Part shown: positions 7,770 through 16,223 of the stretch, in pieces
Layout of the letters: each line of letters opens with the position of its first letter
Position numbering within the stretch: position 1 is the first letter of the stretch
Assembly (NCBI GenBank): GCA_039801565.1
Contig: JBDRUX010000049.1
Location: forward strand, 1-17,596
Reading direction: 5' to 3'
DNA length: 17,596 nucleotides
DNA from: a candidate division WOR-3 bacterium
GTDB taxonomy: Bacteria > Hydrothermota > Tepidihabitantia > Tepidihabitantales > JAOUPE01
Program-made: the position numbers and the translations under genes
The notes under the pieces: model-generated
What the model was told of the DNA's origin: nothing
The model's input: the letters and a program-made list of their open reading frames with translations, nothing else
Databases searched by the model: none

Positions 7770-9800
7770 ATGATTAATATCTGGGCGTTAATCTTTTTAA
7801 TTGCTTTTTCTAATCCCGAACGCGTGATTCGTATTGAAATTCCGAACCACGATGCAGTATATCAATTAATGGATAAGGTGGATTTGGCCATAATTTCGGC
7901 TGAAGATAGTTTTATTACCACTTATGCCGATGACGAAAAAATAAAGGAGGTTGTCGAACTGGGCTATAGAGTAACAGTGCTACTTTCGGATTACCAACAA
8001 GAATTGACCAAGATTTTACAAGGCTATCATTCTTATAACCAAGTCTGTAGTATAATGACTGCAGTCAGTCAAACCTACCCAGCAATTACCAAACTCGAAA
8101 CATTAGGATTTTCGGTTTTAAACCGCCCGATTTTGGCGATGAAGGTAACCGATAATCCTTTTCAAGAAGAACCCGAACCCGAAATTCGATTGGTTGGTGC
8201 TCATCACGGTGATGAAAAAATCTCAACTGAAATAATTCTTGCTTTCTTAAAATATTTAGTCGAAAATTATCCATTGAACCCCCAAGTTCAATATTTAGTG
8301 AATAATCGGGAAATTTGGCTAATACCAATCTTTAATGTTGATGGTCATATCGCCAATCGGCGGACTAATAATAACGGTGTCGATTTGAACCGAGATTATG
8401 GCTATATGTGGTCAGGTTCGGGTTCAAGCCCAAGCCCTTTTTCTCAACCCGAAACCAAGGCAATGCGGTTACATAGCGAAGCGAATAATATAACTCTTGA
8501 ATATGAATATCATTCCGCCGCTTCTTATGTCAATTATCTTTGGGACCATCATCCCCAAGACCCACCGGATAGTGGTTTAATTATCAATATTTCCCAACGC
8601 TATGCGGATTCAACTTATGGTTCTTCAACAACTCGACTGACCAAGATTAATGGTTACGATTGGTATTATGTACGTGGTTCGGCTCAAGATGCGTTATTCG
8701 GGATTTGGGGTGGAATTGGAACAACGATTGAGACTCAACAACCCAGCCAACAAAGTCGGATTGATAGCATCTGCATTGCTAATCGAAGGGCATTGCTCGA
8801 TATGATAACTTTAGCCGGTTATGGAATCGAAGGAACGGTGCGGGACTCAATAACCGGTGAACCATTATTTGCTTTAGTGCAATTCACTAACCCCTTGCGC
8901 TGGTCGGTCTACACTGACCCGGCAATCGGCGATTTTCATAAAATGGCTGAACCCGGCACCTATACCGTAAAGGTTTCTGCCCAAGGTTATTTGACAAAGA
9001 TTATTGAAAATGTGGTAGTACCCGCCCAAGGTTCAATCAATTTAGATATCCTTCTTACTCCCACAAATACCGAGGAGAACTACATCCAAAAATTGGTTTG
9101 GGTTCGGCGTGACCGACCCGATGTTGCTTATCACACAATAACCAATTCAGCATTGGGCGAACCTGATGGTATTCCCTATTCCTTAGGTGTTGGGGGAACA
9201 ATTGTCCTTGAGGCAAAACCTGCAATCCAAAACTTGCCCGGCTTTGATTTCACTATAATTGAAGCTGACACCACACCCGAAAGTTATACCGTTTATGCCG
9301 CCAACACTTGGGATGGCAATTGGTATCTCTGCGGTGTTGGCTTAGGCACCACTTCCTTCGATTTAGCAGCCCCAAACTTAGATAGCGCTCGATATGTTAA
9401 GATTGTTGATGCGGGTGGGGGGTCGACCAGTGACCCTTATGCTGGTTTTGACTTGGATGCAGTCTCATACCGCTTAACGCGCACCGCAATCAGCACTCTG
9501 TATTCCAAATTCCGAATTCCGCATTCCAAATTCCAAATTATCCTCTACCCTAATCCGACGAAAAGCCAGCTAACAGTTATATTACAAACCCAAGCCAAAA
9601 CCGACCCAAAACTGAAGATTTATACCGTGATGGGCGAATTGATTAATTCAATTCCATTGAGATTAGAAGCACCCGGGAATTACCAAACCAGTTGGAATTT
9701 AACCGATTTTTCGAGAAAAAGGGTTCCGGCTGGAATCTATTTTGGAATTTTAGAAACTGAAACAACCAAAATAAAAAACAAAATCATTGTTAGTAAATAA
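7770..9800 (+). CDS. Secreted M14 zinc carboxypeptidase with regulatory-like beta domain and T9SS-type/FlgD-like C-terminal domain
   Basis: Signal peptide; HGDE (HxxE), R.N...VDLNRD, PFSQPET, EYH and G...D motifs; G.V.D..TGEP...PGTY.V..SA.GY domain; C-terminal YPNP...IY...G......W...D....V.AGIYF......K.I. Confidence 0.9.
   Translation: MINIWALIFLIAFSNPERVIRIEIPNHDAVYQLMDKVDLAIISAEDSFITTYADDEKIKEVVELGYRVTVLLSDYQQELTKILQGYHSYNQVCSIMTAVSQTYPAITKLETLGFSVLNRPILAMKVTDNPFQEEPEPEIRLVGAHHGDEKISTEIILAFLKYLVENYPLNPQVQYLVNNREIWLIPIFNVDGHIANRRTNNNGVDLNRDYGYMWSGSGSSPSPFSQPETKAMRLHSEANNITLEYEYHSAASYVNYLWDHHPQDPPDSGLIINISQRYADSTYGSSTTRLTKINGYDWYYVRGSAQDALFGIWGGIGTTIETQQPSQQSRIDSICIANRRALLDMITLAGYGIEGTVRDSITGEPLFALVQFTNPLRWSVYTDPAIGDFHKMAEPGTYTVKVSAQGYLTKIIENVVVPAQGSINLDILLTPTNTEENYIQKLVWVRRDRPDVAYHTITNSALGEPDGIPYSLGVGGTIVLEAKPAIQNLPGFDFTIIEADTTPESYTVYAANTWDGNWYLCGVGLGTTSFDLAAPNLDSARYVKIVDAGGGSTSDPYAGFDLDAVSYRLTRTAISTLYSKFRIPHSKFQIILYPNPTKSQLTVILQTQAKTDPKLKIYTVMGELINSIPLRLEAPGNYQTSWNLTDFSRKRVPAGIYFGILETETTKIKNKIIVSK
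9502..9539 (+). repeat. Heptamer tandem repeat (ATTCCRM)5 inside the M14 gene
   Basis: ATTCCAA ATTCCGA ATTCCGC ATTCCAA ATTCCAA ATT, encoding SKFRIPHSKFQI just before YPNP. Confidence 0.85.
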
Positions 9801-9809
9801 GGAGGCGAA

Positions 9810-10463
9810 ATGATAAAAAAACTAACTGCAGGTATTACGGTTTTCATTCTGGTCTTAAGTTGCGGTCAAAAGCAACCAGCACCCAAAATGGCAATGACAC
9901 CAAAAGAAGAAGCAATGAAAGCCGATACCGCAAAAGCAACCCCTGAATCAATTAGTACTGAAGAAACCAAGCCGTTAACCGGAAAGGAGCGAATGGTAAT
10001 TAAAGTAAAAGACTTCGGCACAATTAAGATCGAACTCTTTGCCAAAGAAGCACCCAAGAATGTCGCCAATATTGTCAAATTAGCAAGGAGTGGCTTCTAT
10101 GACGGTTTAAAATTCCATCGGGTGATACCAAATTTCGTCATCCAAGGTGGTGACCCAAAAGGTGATGGTACTGGTGGGCCTGGTTATACCGTCGAAGCGG
10201 AAATCAGTCCGAACTTAAAACATCTCAAAGGAACGGTAGCAATGGCAAGACTACCCGACCAAGTCAATCCCACCAAAGCTTCCAGTGGTAGTCAGTTTTA
10301 CATCTGTTTAGCACCAGCCCCACATCTTGATGGACAATACACAATAATTGGCAAGGTAGTTGAAGGGTTGGATGTGGTGGATGCGATTGGTAAGGTCGAG
10401 ACCGGTCCGCGGGATATGCCAGTAAAAGATGTGATAATGGAGAAAGTGACAATCGAAGAATAA
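9810..10463 (+). CDS. Cyclophilin-type peptidyl-prolyl cis-trans isomerase, lipoprotein
   Basis: [36 protein letters not shown] and HLDG.YT motifs; lipobox VLSC; AGGAGG Shine-Dalgarno overlapping the upstream stop. Confidence 0.95.
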   Translation: MIKKLTAGITVFILVLSCGQKQPAPKMAMTPKEEAMKADTAKATPESISTEETKPLTGKERMVIKVKDFGTIKIELFAKEAPKNVANIVKLARSGFYDGLKFHRVIPNFVIQGGDPKGDGTGGPGYTVEAEISPNLKHLKGTVAMARLPDQVNPTKASSGSQFYICLAPAPHLDGQYTIIGKVVEGLDVVDAIGKVETGPRDMPVKDVIMEKVTIEE

Positions 10464-10709
10464 AATCTACCCATCGAAAATTTGAGGCACCGACCACCTA
10501 AGGAGTTGGATTCAAAAATTTTAATATTTCGGAATTAATAAAAGACACCAACCCGGCAAAGTAATTTCACTACTTAGCTACCGCTAATGGTAATCCTGCG
10601 GACAACGGCGTCGTCACAGTAATTTAAATAGGCATCTTCATTAATTCAACCATATTACAATCCAAATCAGCGGTGTCCTTTACCCAATAAATTGACCGAT
10701 TGAACTTTT

Positions 10710-11130
10710 TAAAACTATCTTTCAATCGTTCAGAATCGATCGCCTATTTCTCCTTAGATGGCATCTCAACGCCAACCTTATAGTGCATCACATCCTGTTC
10801 AATCTTTCTTTTTGTTGGTGGTATTGTCAGTTGTGCCATCAACTTTTCGTATCGTTGTCTAAAATCAATTCTATCCAGTTTGCGAAGAAACGCAATCCAA
10901 GAGGCACTACAGACTCGAAGCAAGTTAAGAAATGTTCGCAAAACGAGATTTTGGATAAATCCATTTTCTAAGCGAGCGATAAGACTTTGAATATTTTGAT
11001 TTTAATCCTAACCAATCAGCAACTTCCGGTTAGTCAAATAAACTTTTTTTCGCAATGCCTTAAGTTGTCCGAATCGGATTTTGCAAGAAGAGAGAAACTT
11101 TTTCGCCACTTCTTGAGAAAAAATTAACAT
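10710..11130 (-). pseudogene. XRE/Cro-C1 helix-turn-helix protein pseudogene
   Basis: From ATG 11130: MLIFSQEVAK...QLKALRKKVYLT, frameshift near 11031, PEVADWLGLKSKYSKS, frameshift near 10982, IARLENGFIQNLVLRTFLNLLRVC..., in-frame TAG at 10744-10746, then AIDSERLK. The joined peptide has the LK.LR....LTQ.EVA..LG......I.RLE.G pattern of XRE HTH domains. The 3' boundary is approximate. Confidence 0.75.
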
Positions 11131-11206
11131 CGCAAAAGATTAGTTAAAACTAACACAAAAATCGAGCTAAAATTTCTTTTAACTATTTGATATTTAAATT
11201 TCTTAT

Positions 11207-11482
11207 ATGAAATTTTGCTTTGGGAGGGGGTATCGTATAGGGGGTGACCCCGTAGGCTACCCCCTAAATAGCCCAATAGGCTACTTGGTAAGTGGCTTCG
11301 TAAGCTGCTTCGGGGGTTGGTTGGTAAGCAGATTGGTGAGCGATTTTGTGGACGACCTCGGAAGCGACTTAGTAGGCAACTTGGGAAGCAACTCGGGGAA
11401 TAGCCCGGTAGTTAGTCCCGTAGGTCACCTGGAAAGCAACCTCCCACATTGCCTAATTATTTCACTAAAGACCAGTCACTAA
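11207..11482 (+). CDS. Hypothetical 91-aa tetrapeptide-repeat ORF spanning the 12-bp array; may not be translated
   Basis: Open frame giving (G/S)-x-(L/P/F)-(V/G) repeats. No clear Shine-Dalgarno and no recognisable domain. Confidence 0.25.
   Translation: MKFCFGRGYRIGGDPVGYPLNSPIGYLVSGFVSCFGGWLVSRLVSDFVDDLGSDLVGNLGSNSGNSPVVSPVGHLESNLPHCLIISLKTSH
11243..11446. repeat. Degenerate tandem array, 17 units of 12 bp, consensus RGYNRCYYNGKR
   Basis: Units from GGTGACCCCGTA (11243) to AGCAACCTCCCA (11435-11446) stay in register with no indels. Hand count gives 110/204 G+C (54%) between very AT-rich flanks. Confidence 0.85.
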
Positions 11483-11619
11483 TTTCAAGGATGCATAAGA
11501 AATAGTTCAAATTGTTCAATTATTTAATTTATTGGGTGATGAAGCGTACCGCTACTTTTTACATTATTATCACTTTCGCCATCCCTTAACCACTGTTCAC
11601 TGAAATCGTTAATTTTGCG

Positions 11620-12198
11620 GTATTGGGCAATATCATACACATACTCATAAAAAGCGATTGGGTCATTGTAAGTGAAGGAAATTGTCTTAAGCTTATTTTT
11701 CAATGCTAATGCGACAACCGATTCGGGTGGAAAATAATAATGTTCAATATTTTCTAATGACCTTTGCGAAAGATGCCAGTTATGACAGAATTTGCAACGA
11801 AAATTACAGCCCACCGTGCCTAAACATAAGACTTCGTACCGGGCAAGTTGTGTAATTGTGGTTCCTTTCCGATTGGGTCAATTTGGATAGCCAACGGTCG
11901 GGAATAGACAATATTGTATAAGACACCATCCCGATTCTCCCGATTGCGATAAAAAACCCCTTTGGTTAGGCACAATGATACAATTACGAAAGCAAATCGC
12001 ACACTGAACATTCTTTTTCTTCAGTTTCTTATAAAACATTGCTTCTCTTAAGTTATCCTTAGGATTCTTATTCAGCAGTGGTGGATTGGAATTGGTTTTC
12101 TGACCGATTAAAAGCATCGAAAAAATTATAACGATAAAATATGAAAAAAACCAGGAGTAAAGCCGAATCAACTTGAATTCCCAATTGGCTAATGGCAA
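11620..12198 (-). pseudogene. AmmeMemoRadiSam-system radical SAM enzyme (PflA-like), frameshifted and truncated
   Basis: Three ORF pieces join to EAMFYKKL...VQC..C.R.C.I....RGF / R.N..G.LY..VY..P.....DPI.KEP.....PGT / GTVGCNFRCKFCHNWHLSQ...ISFTYNDP..FYEYVYDIA. Frameshifts at the A6 run 11951-11956 and near 11830. Similarity stops near 11620. Start uncertain. Confidence 0.88.
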
Positions 12199-12378
12199 TT
12201 TTAAGAAAGGAGGTTTGAGCCGTTTTGAATCAACTTGATTTGCTATTTTCCCACTCTTGTTGGAGCAGAAAGCACCAGACCATTAGAATCCTGTTTGTTA
12301 GCAGGATTTGATATTACTGCTGTCTCCTAATAGATGTTGGAAATGCATTGGGTAGTGGCATACTTCCTACCCGAGTAT

Positions 12379-13089
12379 TTATTGGTTCGCCAACTCTAAA
12401 AGACGCTCGTAAATTTTTTGTTTGATTCTCCTAATCACAGTTTCAGTAAATTCGTATTGTTGAACTGCCGGCGTGTCGATTTGTTTAATAATCTCTTGGG
12501 GAAAAATCGGTTCACCAATCATAACGACTATCTTGTGAAAGAGGTTGCCGAACACGGATATTACGCCTTCATAGATTGAGGCACTACCAATCTCTTCACC
12601 AGGATAAGGTCCCATAATTTGCGCCTTGATATAAACTGGAACGATGGGTGCACCGGACTTGAGGCTTAAATAGGCAGCACCGCTCCGAATCTCACCCACT
12701 GGTTTATTTCGCACCAATGTCCCTTCCGGAAAAAATCCAACAATAAAGCCTTGCTTTAAGAGTTCAAGACAGCGTTTTATCCCGGCTAAATTTTCTGCCC
12801 CTTGTTTATTATAAACCGGAATCCCATCACAAAGTTTGCCATAGAAGAACCGACCGAACCAGTTATTGAACCATCCACCGTCAACCGCAAAGAAGATTCT
12901 TCTTTTGAAAGTGGCTAAGCTTGCAATTGGGTCAACACCGGTCTTATGATTTATCGCAATGATAAAGGCTTTTTGATTAGGGAGGCGGCTTTTGCCTTTT
13001 ATTCTTAGTTTAACTAAATAACGGTAAAATTGACCAAATAGGGCTTTGGGAAGATTTTGCAATAATTCGCTTTGGCTGGTATAAGGCAT
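12379..13089 (-). CDS. plsC: 1-acyl-sn-glycerol-3-phosphate acyltransferase (PlsC family)
   Basis: NHKTGVD (NHx4D), FFPEGT and GAA.L.......PIVPV motifs. Confidence 0.85.
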   Translation of the reverse strand: MPYTSQSELLQNLPKALFGQFYRYLVKLRIKGKSRLPNQKAFIIAINHKTGVDPIASLATFKRRIFFAVDGGWFNNWFGRFFYGKLCDGIPVYNKQGAENLAGIKRCLELLKQGFIVGFFPEGTLVRNKPVGEIRSGAAYLSLKSGAPIVPVYIKAQIMGPYPGEEIGSASIYEGVISVFGNLFHKIVVMIGEPIFPQEIIKQIDTPAVQQYEFTETVIRRIKQKIYERLLELANQ

Positions 13090-13095
13090 ATCGAA

Positions 13096-14016
13096 TCAAA
13101 TCCCCAGCGCCAGAATTTCTTCATACCGTCCAACCGGAATTGCGGTTAAACTATTATCAATCCTCTTCACCAGACCGCACAATACTTTTCCTGGACCGAC
13201 TTCATAGAATTTGTTGAACCCAAGATTTCGGGCGGTCTGGATGGTTTTGGTCCAGAGCACCGGGCTAATCAATTGATTTTCTAATGATTTTCTAATTTCG
13301 GCGGCGGTTTTAACCGGTTCACCGGACACATTAGGTATTATCGGAAATTTCGGCTCTTTAATCGTAAAGTCAGTAAGGAATTGTTTGAATTCTTGGGCGG
13401 ATTTTTCTAATAATGGCGAATGAAAAGCACCGCTGACCGGTAACATTACCGCTTTTAAAGCCCCCCTTGCCTTTGCCAAATCAGCGACTTTTTTTACCGC
13501 CTCAACTTCACCGGAAATGGCAACTTGTCCCGGAGCATTAAAATTAGCCGGAACCACTACACCCGAAACTTCCTGGCAGAGACTTTTGACCGCATCATCG
13601 GCCAAACCAAGAATTGCTGCCATCGTGCCGGGATTTTTCTCGCCTTCGGCATACATCAACTCGCCCCGTTTTTTCACAATCTTGAGCACCGATTCGAAAT
13701 CTAATACTTCGGCGGCATAAAGCGCCGAATATTCACCCAAACTGTGCCCGGCAGCTAACGAAGGTATTAGCCCTTTATTCTTTAATATCTCAAATACTGC
13801 TATCGAATTGACCAAAATCGCTGGTTGGGTTATATAGGTCTTGCGTAATTCTTCTTCCGGTCCTTCAAAAGAGAGTTCTTTTATCGCCATCCCCAAAATC
13901 GTTTCGGCTTGGTCGTAGATTGCTTTTGCCTCGGAAAATTGCTCATAAAGGTCTTTACCCATTCCAACAAACTGGGAACCTTGTCCGGGAAATAAAAAGC
14001 CAATCTTCTCGGTCAT
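13096..14016 (-). CDS. fabD: Malonyl-CoA:ACP transacylase
   Basis: FLFPGQGSQ..GMG, TQPAI, GHSLGEYSAL, VSGAFHS and EVGPGKVL motifs. Start set at ATG 14016 with AAAGGA upstream; the ORF-track start at 14040 overlaps the previous gene. Confidence 0.97.
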   Translation of the reverse strand: MTEKIGFLFPGQGSQFVGMGKDLYEQFSEAKAIYDQAETILGMAIKELSFEGPEEELRKTYITQPAILVNSIAVFEILKNKGLIPSLAAGHSLGEYSALYAAEVLDFESVLKIVKKRGELMYAEGEKNPGTMAAILGLADDAVKSLCQEVSGVVVPANFNAPGQVAISGEVEAVKKVADLAKARGALKAVMLPVSGAFHSPLLEKSAQEFKQFLTDFTIKEPKFPIIPNVSGEPVKTAAEIRKSLENQLISPVLWTKTIQTARNLGFNKFYEVGPGKVLCGLVKRIDNSLTAIPVGRYEEILALGI

Positions 14017-14029
14017 AAAATTATCCTTT

Positions 14030-16096
14030 CTATTCAGCAATAAAGCTATTAGCCCAGACCGGTAGATCTGGCTTTGGTTCTTGGCTTAAAGCCTTTTGCC
14101 ATTCTTCATCGGTCATTCTTTCGCTCAAAGGTTTGGTAAACTCATAATAAGAGTAAACCCCGCCCAGGGCAAGAAATTGTTTGTGCTGAAATGGGATGAC
14201 CGCATAAATAAAGAATGGTTTGCCCACCCCGACCTCTAAAACTTGCTTGGTATTGGGGTCAGTATGGACATCAGCAATCAATGCCATCTTGGTGTCAGCT
14301 TCTGAACCAACGCCCCTAAATAATTGAGCGGGAAAAGTTGTCATCCCTTCTAAATTATCACCAATATTTTTAATCAATCGCAATTCATCATCATCCAATT
14401 CAATACCCTTTATCTCTTTATCCGAAATCGCCTTGAGTTTTTGGGTTAAAGTTTTTAGACTCTCTAATCGGTTATTAACCTCGCTGGGCAAAATCCCAAA
14501 TTGCTTTAGGATTGCTATCAAATCCGAAATTGTCTCACTAATTTGTTCATAGACCAAAGGCTTTGGTTCAACATAACCTGGGATTTTTTCTTCCGGTCGG
14601 ATTGCGGTAAGCGCAACAGTATAACTCTGCTTGGCATAAAGAATTGTATCGTGGCGAAGTTGTGCCCAAAAACCACAAGCGGTCATTAAGGTCTTGTCAG
14701 CATAAGCAGGCGTGAATAGAAAATTTGGTAGATAGGAAGAGCCCGAGATTGGTTCTAATAATAGTTTTATGGCATAAAGAGTCGCAAAATAAACCGATTG
14801 ATTCCATTCGGTTCGGCTAAGTTCTGAAAATTCATTTTTTAATTTTAAAAGCTGGGTTTCATAATTAAGGTATCGGGTCTCTTGATAAACTGTCTTCAAA
14901 ATTTCTCTGGCTCGATTTGACCCTAAAACCGCCATCACATCCAGTCCCTTTGGTAAATAACGGGGTAGATGCATTGTGCCAACTTTATCGTAAACTAATT
15001 GTTGAAAGATATAGGAATCGGGAATAAAACGCGAACCTAATAACCGAAAACCTTTGACCACTGCAAGTGTCTGGATAGTATCTTCTTTAAGATAATAAGT
15101 CGAGAGTATCTTCGGTGCGGGCAACTTTTGGGCAGAAGCGATAAATTGGTCAATAATCGCATCCTTCTCAATTTGCTTAGCGATATCTTTTTCTGGAAAA
15201 AGCTGAACAATCAATTTATTGTAATCATAATAGTTCAAATCATCGGTCTTGCCAATTAGAAAACTCAACGGCTGATAAATTTTCTCCCAAATTTGCCAAG
15301 TGCTTTGGGGTGGTTTACCGGCTCGACCATTTTTTATTGCTAAAACCAAAAGAATCGCTTGTCGAGTCAAGTCGCGACCCCGCGCAATGTCCAATTCTTG
15401 GTTGCCTGGTTTGAGGTAAAAGCCAATTCTTGCATACCACATCATCACCTTGAAATAGCGGGCAAATTTCTCATTGCGGGTGTAGTGCCCCCTTGGTTTA
15501 TATTGACTATAATCTTCTTGATAATTAAAGATAGGAGAAGGACTCATTCCCTTGGCTCGTTCAATCAATTCCAGTTCGGCTTTGACGAGTTCGGGCATTC
15601 CTTCTTTTGGCGGAACAAATTTGTCGTCAAATAGCGAACCGGCGACTGCTAAATAAGCGATGTTCCTCTTCAACGCTTTGGTAACTTTTGGTGATTTGGT
15701 CAATTGCAATTGGGCTAATTCGTAATCTAATAAACCTTGGGTCAAATCTAAAAGCAATTTATTAAAATATTCGGTCTCAATGACCCGCAAAGAATAGTCA
15801 AAAAGGATATGAAAGGTGTGAAGAATCGCATCAGTGGTGACATAGATTGGCATATTTTGCTTTTTGGCATATTGATAAATCTGGTAAATTTGGTCAAATT
15901 GGGATGGCGTGACAAGAAATCCATTCTTGGTCAGCAATGTCTTTTGATTAGGCGTTAAGAGTTGAATAAGTCGCATATTTTCAATAGGACTTTCTTCATT
16001 TTGCCCAAAGGCATTGGCAATTAAAATAGCGATTAAAAAACTGGATTTTATTAGACGAAGCAAAATTCTTTGACCGTTTTGTACCAATGTCCCCAT
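14030..16096 (-). CDS. DUF3160 domain-containing exported protein
   Basis: P.YVTTD.ILH.FH, EDYSQY.PRGHYT, W.QLRHDTILYAKQ, GYVEP, ADVHT and GGV.SYYEF......TDEEW motifs recognised as DUF3160; signal-like segment SFLIAILIANAFG. Start could be 16096 (ATG), 16183 or slightly downstream. Confidence 0.82.
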   Translation of the reverse strand: MGTLVQNGQRILLRLIKSSFLIAILIANAFGQNEESPIENMRLIQLLTPNQKTLLTKNGFLVTPSQFDQIYQIYQYAKKQNMPIYVTTDAILHTFHILFDYSLRVIETEYFNKLLLDLTQGLLDYELAQLQLTKSPKVTKALKRNIAYLAVAGSLFDDKFVPPKEGMPELVKAELELIERAKGMSPSPIFNYQEDYSQYKPRGHYTRNEKFARYFKVMMWYARIGFYLKPGNQELDIARGRDLTRQAILLVLAIKNGRAGKPPQSTWQIWEKIYQPLSFLIGKTDDLNYYDYNKLIVQLFPEKDIAKQIEKDAIIDQFIASAQKLPAPKILSTYYLKEDTIQTLAVVKGFRLLGSRFIPDSYIFQQLVYDKVGTMHLPRYLPKGLDVMAVLGSNRAREILKTVYQETRYLNYETQLLKLKNEFSELSRTEWNQSVYFATLYAIKLLLEPISGSSYLPNFLFTPAYADKTLMTACGFWAQLRHDTILYAKQSYTVALTAIRPEEKIPGYVEPKPLVYEQISETISDLIAILKQFGILPSEVNNRLESLKTLTQKLKAISDKEIKGIELDDDELRLIKNIGDNLEGMTTFPAQLFRGVGSEADTKMALIADVHTDPNTKQVLEVGVGKPFFIYAVIPFQHKQFLALGGVYSYYEFTKPLSERMTDEEWQKALSQEPKPDLPVWANSFIAE

Positions 16097-16223
16097 GATT
16101 ATAACCGCCTGGAACGAAAACCCCACAAGTAAAATTCTAATTTCGACTTTCGAATTTCGAAACTTATCGGTCTTCTCATCCACTCTCTCTCAGACTTGCA
16201 AAAACTTGGATGAACCATACCTG

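Noticed and set aside
11100..11111. TTTTCGCCACTT, a 12-nt match to the IS1634 right end
   Set aside because: It lacks the terminal GTCA, has no partner or target duplication, and lies in the EVAK codons of the HTH pseudogene. Treated as chance.
11243..11446. CRISPR array
   Set aside because: Units are contiguous degenerate 12-mers with no constant repeat plus unique spacer structure, and no cas genes are present.
10570..12198. Stop-codon reassignment or programmed frameshifting to explain the broken ORFs
   Set aside because: Intact genes here end normally in TAA, TGA and TAG. The lesions are multiple indels plus loss of conserved residues and truncation, which fits decay.
12203..12238. Perfect AAGGAGGT Shine-Dalgarno, or 16S 3'-end-like ACCTCCTTTCT on the minus strand
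   Set aside because: The only nearby start (TTG 12215) directly abuts it and opens 7 codons; there is no further rRNA similarity.
12287..12372. Hairpins AATCCTG/CAGGATT and GGGTAG/CTACCC as terminator or riboswitch
   Set aside because: Short stems with large loops, no convincing U-tract in the plsC direction, and no recognisable riboswitch consensus.
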